This document shows, piece by piece, positions 61,001 through 64,000 of a stretch of 64,000 nucleotides of DNA. A program made the translations under genes and the position numbers. Each line of letters opens with the position of its first letter. The stretch's first letter is position 1. The notes under the pieces are model-generated. The model was not told the DNA's origin. It was given only the letters and a program-made list of their open reading frames with translations, and did not search any database. The stretch comes from Hydrolagus affinis (lineage: Eukaryota): NCBI GenBank assembly GCA_012026655.1, contig JAAILG010000866.1, forward strand, positions 1 to 64,000. The letters are read 5' to 3'.

Positions 61001-63545
61001 CTCTTAAGTTAAGATGATATTTTACAACTAACAATTCTAATTGCCTAGCTGGTCTGGTCTTGCTAAGTAACATTTTAGTTCCAGCTAAAACCAAAACCAA
61101 ATGAATACTTTCAACCCCAATTAGTTCTAGCTGGATATCACTGCAACATTCATGAAGCTTTTTTTAATTCTATGTTCACAGGATGATTTTTTTTATCAGA
61201 AAGATTACTTCACAACATAATTTTTACATAGTTTCACTTTTCCAGTAAACTTCTAAATTTATTATCATTATTATTAATAAACTCTAGTCTACTACTGTTA
61301 TCTAGCAAAATATAGCACTATACCTCAAATAACTTGCTTTTGCGTTGCCAATTCGGATCTTTTTAGAGAAAGTATCTTAACTTGTCAGTAATTGAGCTTT
61401 CCTTAAATTGTTGCTTTTGCTTCTACCAAGGGAAATTAATATTTAGTACTGGAGTTTAACTGCTCCTGAGCTGAGTGTGGTTCTATTGAGAATATATCTG
61501 GTGGTAGGATCTCTTGGAGGTAGATTCAGAATTAAATTGACACATAATATAACTTTGGTCTTACTTCATCCAATCCAAAATAATTTTTCAATGAAAGTTG
61601 AAATTGAAAGATTTTTGCATGGTGGAATGAATTGCCCGTAAGGTTTTTAAAATGATTAGAGACATTCCAAACTCTATAATAATTCAAAAAATTAACTAGC
61701 ATTCAACATAATTTAGGAGAATTCAAAAAATTAACTAGCATTCAACATAATTTAGGAGAGCACTGCTTTCCTTGGAAAATTCCCAGACCCAGAGGGATCA
61801 GAGAGTCGCAAACTGCAGTTATTCCAGCTCTGAAATTATATGGGTCAAATCAAATAGTAATTTTATTTAAGTATACAGTGCATCAATATGACAATTTGTT
61901 CCATGTTACACATGTGCTTTGACAGAAACTATTATAGTCAGACACTTGAATAAATTTCCAGTAGAGCAAACTTTCATCGTAAAAGTGCCCTCTCCCCACC
62001 AGGCTTTGTGAGCCGATCATCCCCTCATTCAGCTCCGCTGCTCCCCAGCTCTCAGCGGCTTAAATTCAGCAGCCTGTCCTCATATTCAAATTCCTACACA
62101 ACCTCACATGAGACTTATTCTAGGATTATTCTCATTGGAGCAGAGAAGGTTACAACAAGAACTAATAGAGGTTTTCAAAATCATGAGGTGAATCGATATG
62201 GTAAACAGGGAAAACCTGTTTCCACTGGTGGATAAGTCAGTGACTAGAGGTTTAAAATAGATTCTAAAAGAAGCAGAGGGGAGGTGAGGAGAATTTTTTT
62301 ATGCAGCGAGTTGTTCGATTCCGGAATGCATTGCCTGAAAGGGTGGTGGAGGCCGATTCGATAACAACTTTTAAAAGAGAGCTGGATGGTTATTTGGGGA
62401 GGACGGGTTTGCAGGATTATTGGGAGAGAGCTGTGGAGTGGGATTGACTTTGAATAGCTCTTTTCAAAGAGCTGGCACAGACTCGATGGGCTGAATTACC
62501 TCCTTTTGTGCTGCCAAATTCTATGATTCTATGATTTATACAAATTACTGATGTTGACCAGTGTGCTTTCCATATTTTTTAAGTTGTTAAACATTTCTTG
62601 TCACAAATTAAAATTTGTTAACAGAAAATAACATTGTGAGTAAAGCTTGTTTTGATTTTGAAGTTTGTGATTATAATCTGGAGGCATTTGATTAATTTTA
62701 AATCAATTAGAAGGTGTTGTTAATGGTCAACCTCTGGAAAAACCTTTTTGTAGAATTTTTTAATGAATTCTTTGTGGTGCAATAAATTAACTGAAATAAT
62801 ATGTATTTTTTAATGCAGTGGCGAATCGACCGTTTTAAGCTTTGTTAGTTGGCTCACACTGAGTGGCAATGAACAGTCTGGCCTCAGGGGACCATCTATG
62901 GAAAATGAAGAAGCAAAACAAGCAGCATTGGAGTGTATTAAGGTGGATTGCATTGTTTCTTTAGTTTTTCTGAAAATATATATATTTTTTATTGTTACAC
63001 TGTTTAGAAAACCACACCAAATTTTGTTGTTGTTTGACTGTCGATATGCGGTATTTGTGATGTACTGGCCTATCATTTGAATCCTGCAACTGGTCTTGCC
63101 TCTCCTGAGCTAGAAGGGAAAAAAATAAATCAGTTTTTCTGTTCCCAATTGATATCTGGTTGGCAGTTGCAATGCCCTCCATAGTAGAATAGCCTGCTGA
63201 TATTCATTGTCTGGGTTCACACGCAAGATGTCCAATTTGGTAAGGAAGCAGAGTTCTTCCAGTGACTGTGGAACTCTCCTCTAGGAAGAATCGGTTCTTT
63301 CAGTCGAGGAAGAATGAACGTGTTCACCAGAGGAAGGATGAGAAAGGGAAAAGATTTGAAATATTTAGCAGATTAATTGCTACAATTTATGGTAATGCCT
63401 AGGAACCTTAGTGACTGATAATATTGATGATACAGTTGATTTAACTTATCTGTTTTTGACCTTTTAATTCCAGCAATGTGATCCTGAGAAGCTGATCACT
63501 GAAAGCAAATTTCTTCAATTGGAGTCTCTGCAAGAGCTAATGAAG
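18877..63545 (+). CDS. GBF1: GBF1, Golgi-specific brefeldin A-resistance guanine nucleotide exchange factor 1. Partial multi-exon gene span of 24 exons; 5' and 3' ends lie outside the window.
   Basis: 24 GT-AG-bounded exons splice into one stop-free frame of 3332 nt with matching intron phases. The peptides match vertebrate GBF1, including [22 protein letters not shown] (HUS), [10 protein letters not shown] and [12 protein letters not shown] (Sec7), and ILREGWKNI (HDS1). Confidence 0.98.
19795..20030 (+). mobile_element. L2 LINE 3' end fragment
   Basis: Encodes [28 protein letters not shown] (L2 ORF2 C-terminus), then the tail gggacgtcctcctgacctgaaaggcgttacacaagtgtaattttgtt. Confidence 0.85.
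21041..21330 (-). mobile_element. tRNA-headed SINE (younger family)
   Basis: taataataataatccttgcatttg...gcagccaattgcgcacagcagtg...gtaaggaaacttgcccaag...aacccaggtctctc. Confidence 0.9.
23910..23997 (+). mobile_element. Highly degraded Penelope-like terminal fragment
   Basis: gaaagttagccttgttcttcgagatgctgatcaacttcctgtgctgtttcaacatttt resembles the reverse complement of 6112-6195; the ribozyme core is lost. Confidence 0.4.
24710..25082 (-). mobile_element. Old Deu-domain SINE
   Basis: Tail tccttgcatttaatatcgtgcc. Head cctgacccagaggcaagagtgctgccaactgagacaagctgacac is a tRNA-like head on the minus strand. Confidence 0.7.
25196..25486 (+). mobile_element. tRNA-headed SINE (younger family)
   Basis: agagcactcacattacaagcgtgagacc...gtgggacactgctgtgcgcaattggctgcc...atcaaatgcaaggattatta. 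Confidence 0.9.
25893..26011 (+). CDS. GBF1: GBF1 coding exon (~exon 5), DCB domain
   Basis: ttttacag|AT CCG...TTA CAG|gtaatg; 119 nt; (D)[39 protein letters not shown]. Confidence 0.96.
26260..26460 (-). mobile_element. Ancient interspersed repeat, related to 63075-63330 in the opposite orientation
   Basis: ggtccatagccact and atctttacatgtgaaccaag are similar to the reverse complements of agtgactgtggaac and ctgggttcacacgcaagat. Confidence 0.45.
27727..27835 (+). CDS. GBF1: GBF1 coding exon (~exon 6), DCB domain
   Basis: ttttacag|GTT TTA...CTT AGT G|gtaagt; 109 nt; [36 protein letters not shown]. Confidence 0.96.
28788..29130 (-). mobile_element. Full-length, well-preserved tRNA-headed SINE (younger family)
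   Basis: Complete head (gtggagctcctatggcttagtggttggagcac...gttcgaatccc on the minus strand) through to the (ATT)n tail; internal 12-nt duplication ggtctccccagc. Confidence 0.92.
29911..29971 (+). CDS. GBF1: GBF1 coding exon (~exon 7), DCB domain
   Basis: ccctctgcag|AG TTA...TCA AG|gtagaa; 61 nt; (E)[19 protein letters not shown](R). Confidence 0.96.
30690..31150 (-). mobile_element. CR1 LINE ORF2 3' fragment (reverse transcriptase C-terminus), degenerate
   Basis: ORF 30684-31172(-) contains [34 protein letters not shown] and FKKELDRYL, typical CR1 C-terminal motifs. Confidence 0.9.
32734..32788 (+). CDS. GBF1: GBF1 coding exon (~exon 8)
   Basis: ttccatag|G CTG CCT...AAG AAG|gtatac; 55 nt; [18 protein letters not shown]. 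Confidence 0.95.
34436..34471 (+). CDS. GBF1: Probable GBF1 alternative cassette exon (36 nt, in frame)
   Basis: attttttcccccgag|GCT TAC ACA ATC TTG TGG AAA AAC AAA CGA GTG CAG|gtaagg. Phase 0-0, matching its intron, and stop-free ([12 protein letters not shown]). Confidence 0.72.
35223..35427 (+). mobile_element. 5'-truncated SINE (younger family)
   Basis: tcaatccacgactgtttgtgggacactgctgtgcgcaattggctgccgcg...gtgaaaagcgctatatcaaaagctaggattatt. Confidence 0.9.
36304..36481 (+). CDS. GBF1: GBF1 coding exon (~exon 9), DCB-HUS linker
   Basis: attcacag|CTT AAG ATG...AAT GCA G|gtaaga; 178 nt; [26 protein letters not shown]...LLNSNA. Confidence 0.93.
36820..37030 (-). mobile_element. Deu-domain SINE fragment
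   Basis: aatagtgccacaggatctttaatg...aggttggcacctctgaca...gcactagagtgtgatcttggattatg is the reverse complement of the Deu core. Confidence 0.6.
37225..37650 (+). mobile_element. Old full-length Deu-domain SINE
   Basis: Head tggctcatttagtaacgctctcgcttctgggttagagggttgtgg; core tgagtcgtttaactgaag...gacattaaagatccca; tail gtaaagcactttg...gctataaaatggaaattctttc. Confidence 0.68.
37804..38060 (+). CDS. GBF1: GBF1 coding exon (~exon 10), Ser/Thr-rich linker
   Basis: tttttcaaag|GT GAA ACA...TCT CTG|gtaaat; 257 nt; contains [28 protein letters not shown]. Confidence 0.92.
39146..39341 (+). CDS. GBF1: GBF1 coding exon (~exon 11)
   Basis: gttgcag|AAG GGT...AAG GAA G|gtatgc; 196 nt; ...[10 protein letters not shown]...[20 protein letters not shown]. 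Confidence 0.93.
39773..39984 (+). CDS. GBF1: GBF1 coding exon (~exon 12), HUS domain
   Basis: ctttcag|GT GCA GCC...TTT CAG|gtacca; 212 nt; [38 protein letters not shown]...DELCRHLFQ. Confidence 0.96.
40109..40207 (+). CDS. GBF1: GBF1 coding exon (~exon 13), HUS domain
   Basis: tttttcag|CTG CTG...CTT GAG|gtaagt; 99 nt; [33 protein letters not shown]. Confidence 0.96.
40330..40640 (+). mobile_element. L2 LINE 3' fragment
   Basis: Degenerate LQIIQNS..RVL...PISPILA.LHWL....[19 protein letters not shown], followed by the L2 tail. Confidence 0.85.
40865..41059 (+). CDS. GBF1: GBF1 coding exon (~exon 14), HUS box
   Basis: tttccaag|ATG TAC...TCC AAG|gtatgt; 195 nt; [23 protein letters not shown]...[24 protein letters not shown]. 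Confidence 0.96.
41604..41820 (-). mobile_element. 5'-truncated SINE (younger family); the recognisable part is ~41663-41820
   Basis: ataataataatcgttgcatttgatatag...gcagctgccaattacatatagcagcgtcccacaaacagttgtggattg. Confidence 0.8.
41934..42120 (+). CDS. GBF1: GBF1 coding exon (~exon 15)
   Basis: cttctag|AAT GCT TTT...ACG AAT G|gtaaga; 187 nt; [36 protein letters not shown]... Confidence 0.95.
42508..42645 (+). CDS. GBF1: GBF1 coding exon (~exon 16), HUS-Sec7 linker
   Basis: tgtgtag|GT ATT GAA...GAA ACT G|gtaaag; 138 nt; phase 1-1; contains [18 protein letters not shown]. Confidence 0.88.
42950..43038 (+). CDS. GBF1: GBF1 coding exon (~exon 17)
   Basis: ttttctgcag|TT GAG AAG...AAG AAG|gtaata; 89 nt; [29 protein letters not shown]. 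Confidence 0.93.
43835..43945 (+). repeat. (CT)n microsatellite and pyrimidine-rich tract
   Basis: ctctctctctctctctctctctct with flanking CT-rich sequence. Confidence 0.9.
43950..44220 (+). mobile_element. L2 LINE 3' fragment
   Basis: Encodes [33 protein letters not shown] (L2 ORF2 C-terminus). Confidence 0.8.
45106..45800 (+). mobile_element. 5'-truncated younger SINE tail interrupted by a MITE
   Basis: cccacaaatatacagtc...gtgaaaagcgcTA[MITE]TAtatcaaatgcaaggattatattatt reconstitutes the family tail. Confidence 0.88.
45190..45769. mobile_element. Non-autonomous Tc1/mariner (pogo/Tigger-like) DNA transposon (MITE), 580 bp
   Basis: Perfect 15-bp terminal inverted repeats CAGTGGAACCTCGGT / ACCGAGGTTCCACTG, extended by GCGACCACC; TA target duplication; subterminal GCGACCAC repeats; no transposase ORF. 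Confidence 0.92.
46235..46437 (+). CDS. GBF1: GBF1 coding exon (~exon 18), Sec7 domain N-terminal part
   Basis: ttcttcag|TTG CTT ATT...GTT GG|gtatgc; 203 nt; [26 protein letters not shown]...[21 protein letters not shown]. Confidence 0.97.
48244..48250 (+). promoter_or_regulatory. Consensus branch point (TACTAAC) for the Sec7 catalytic exon
   Basis: Perfect TACTAAC with the branch A about 27 nt upstream of the acceptor at 48275/48276. Confidence 0.65.
48276..48399 (+). CDS. GBF1: GBF1 coding exon (~exon 19), Sec7 catalytic glutamic finger
   Basis: caccag|G ACT TTT...TGG CAC|gtatgt; 124 nt; [41 protein letters not shown]. Confidence 0.96.
48980..49148 (+). mobile_element. 5'-truncated SINE (younger family)
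   Basis: gtgggacactgctgtgcgcaattggctgccgc...atcaaatgcaaggattattattattatt. Confidence 0.9.
50083..50208 (+). CDS. GBF1: GBF1 coding exon (~exon 20), Sec7 motif 2
   Basis: cttacag|AAA ATT...CTA GAG|gtatgt; 126 nt; [42 protein letters not shown]. Confidence 0.97.
50397..51254. mobile_element. Foldback Tc1/mariner (Tigger-like) MITE, 858 bp, with a nested L2 tail
   Basis: TA|CAGTAGAAGCCCGTTTAT...ATAAACTGGCTTTTACTG|TA. Long internal inverted arms: 50520-50602 plus 50773-50880 versus 50935-51112. Confidence 0.85.
50648..50748 (+). mobile_element. L2 tail ending in a (GATT)n microsatellite, nested in the MITE
   Basis: agcaccttgggacgtcctcttgacgtgaaaggcgctatataaatgtaagtttt followed by (gatt)n. Confidence 0.85.
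51405..51617 (+). mobile_element. 5'-truncated SINE (younger family)
   Basis: aattggtcatttcaatccacgactgtttgtgggac...aaatgcaaggattattattattattat. Confidence 0.9.
51755..51960 (+). mobile_element. Highly degraded CR1 LINE 3' fragment
   Basis: gcgtttattcacgtggcatgctgtgaaaatgtggaatg...gcagtggcagaatcaa...aaaagattaactgatattt resembles the CR1 FFTxRVVxxWN...FKxxLD region. Confidence 0.5.
53184..53266 (+). CDS. GBF1: GBF1 coding exon (~exon 21), Sec7 C-terminal part
   Basis: cacacag|GAG TTC...ATC AA|gtaagt; 83 nt; [27 protein letters not shown](K). Confidence 0.96.
55244..55480 (+). CDS. GBF1: GBF1 coding exon (~exon 22), Sec7 end and HDS1
   Basis: ctttcaag|A AAT GAT...TTC AG|gtaaaa; 237 nt; [20 protein letters not shown]...[21 protein letters not shown]...KAISGF(R). 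Confidence 0.97.
56474..56567 (+). CDS. GBF1: GBF1 coding exon (~exon 23), HDS1
   Basis: tattcag|G AAA TGT...AGT GAG|gtaagt; 94 nt; [31 protein letters not shown]. Confidence 0.97.
57114..57290 (+). CDS. GBF1: GBF1 coding exon (~exon 24), HDS1
   Basis: tatgtag|TCA GTG...GTG GAG|gtaaac; 177 nt; [42 protein letters not shown]...PKAMVE. Confidence 0.97.
57960..58230 (-). mobile_element. L2 LINE 3' end fragment
   Basis: caacaacaaattgcatttata tail and aagaggaaggtcttgag...ggggtgaggcaaagggac...ggaatttcag, the reverse complement of the L2 end at 19795. Confidence 0.8.
58618..58723 (-). mobile_element. SINE tail fragment (younger family)
   Basis: taataataataataat...cttcacagaatatactgtaaagtgaattgattgtatattttgtgggcgaa. 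Confidence 0.8.
59312..59376 (+). CDS. GBF1: GBF1 coding exon (~exon 25)
   Basis: cattcag|GTG GAA GAC...AAC CG|gtagga; 65 nt; [21 protein letters not shown](R). Confidence 0.96.
60268..60548 (+). repeat. Degenerate (CA)/(GA) low-complexity tract
   Basis: cacagacccagagagagaaaaagacacaca...cacacacacacacatatac...; produces spurious T/H/R/E-rich ORFs. Confidence 0.9.
61681..61758 (+). repeat. Perfect 39-bp tandem duplication
   Basis: aattcaaaaaattaactagcattcaacataatttaggag occurs twice, identical. Confidence 0.92.
62105..62536 (+). mobile_element. CR1 LINE 3' end with 3' UTR and (ATTCTATG) tail
   Basis: Degenerate [18 protein letters not shown]...[28 protein letters not shown]; ends gatgggctgaattacctcc...ttctatgattctatgatt. 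Confidence 0.9.
62819..62942 (+). CDS. GBF1: GBF1 coding exon (~exon 26), HDS2 start
   Basis: taatgcag|T GGC GAA...ATT AAG|gtggat; 124 nt; [41 protein letters not shown]. Confidence 0.95.
63075..63330 (+). mobile_element. Ancient interspersed repeat (SINE-like), related to 26260-26460
   Basis: Short blocks of similarity to the reverse complement of 26260-26460. Confidence 0.45.
63474..63545 (+). CDS. GBF1: GBF1 coding exon (~exon 27), HDS2
   Basis: ttccag|CAA TGT...ATG AAG|gtatgt; 72 nt; [24 protein letters not shown]. Confidence 0.96.
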
Positions 63546-63601
63546 GTATGTAGCTGAAAATAACTATTGTGCTTGGCCTTAACAGTGTGATTACTTACAA
63601 A

Positions 63602-63865
63602 TGTGGAGTCCTGTAACTCAGTGGTGAGAGCACTCGCCTTGCAAGCGAGAGACCTGTGTTCAAATCCAGAACGGGCAAAACCTTGGGACAAGTTTCCTTA
63701 TCCAAACGGCTGATAATAATCCCGTGGAAAAAACAACAATAAATTGGTTATTTCAATCCACAACTGTTTGTGGGGATGCTGCTGTGCGCAATTGGCCGCA
63801 TTTCACCCACAAATATATATACAGTCAATTTACAATATATTCTGTGAAGCGCTTTGAGACATCTA
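63602..63865 (+). mobile_element. Near full-length tRNA(Ala)-like-headed SINE (younger family)
   Basis: A box taactcagtgg; anticodon-like arm ctcgc-cttgcaa-gcgag; B box gttcaaatcc; shared core; partial tail. Confidence 0.9.
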
Positions 63866-64000
63866 TTATATATTTAATATCCTCGGTAGACATTTTAACC
63901 TAGTATACATCAATGATCAAGTAAGTTCAATTGTGAGTATACTTGGCTCCTCTTCAATACAGCAGCTCACAAAAGTATACTCTTCCTTATGAAACTGGCA

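Noticed and set aside
18877-63545. U12-type (minor) introns
   Set aside because: None of the donors matches RTATCCTT; all look like U2-type GT-AG
63602-63675. tRNA gene (Ala-TGC)
   Set aside because: No acceptor stem, and it continues directly into the SINE body; it is a SINE head
1-64000. CRISPR arrays, operons, prokaryotic or viral systems, intact transposase or RT genes
   Set aside because: No regularly spaced repeat-spacer arrays and no long ORFs; the window is spliceosomal vertebrate gene sequence

Overview
AT-rich vertebrate genomic DNA containing the central part of one + strand gene, GBF1 (Golgi brefeldin A-resistant Arf-GEF 1). I resolved 24 consecutive GT-AG exons (approximately human exons 4-27). 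They total 3332 nt, are phase-consistent throughout, and encode the DCB and HUS domains, the complete Sec7 domain (FRLPGE glutamic finger) and HDS1 into HDS2. The start and stop codons lie outside the window, and bases 1-18876 are the 3' part of one large intron. The repeat landscape comprises a tRNA-headed SINE with an L2-type (ATT)n tail, older Deu-domain SINEs, L2 and CR1 3' fragments, Penelope-like terminal fragments and TA-flanked Tc1/mariner-type MITEs. This points to a cartilaginous fish, probably a chimaera such as Callorhinchus (inference). The main extras are: a 36-nt in-frame cassette exon and further candidate alternative exons in the DCB-HUS linker intron; an intact minimal hammerhead ribozyme in a Penelope-like fragment; a three-level nested transposon stack; a foldback MITE next to a Sec7 exon; inverted SINE pairs around in-frame exon blocks; candidate poison exons; and repeat-poor, motif-dense blocks that may be enhancers. 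I found no evidence for a wholly new multi-gene system. Repeat boundaries are approximate, and no database searches were run.
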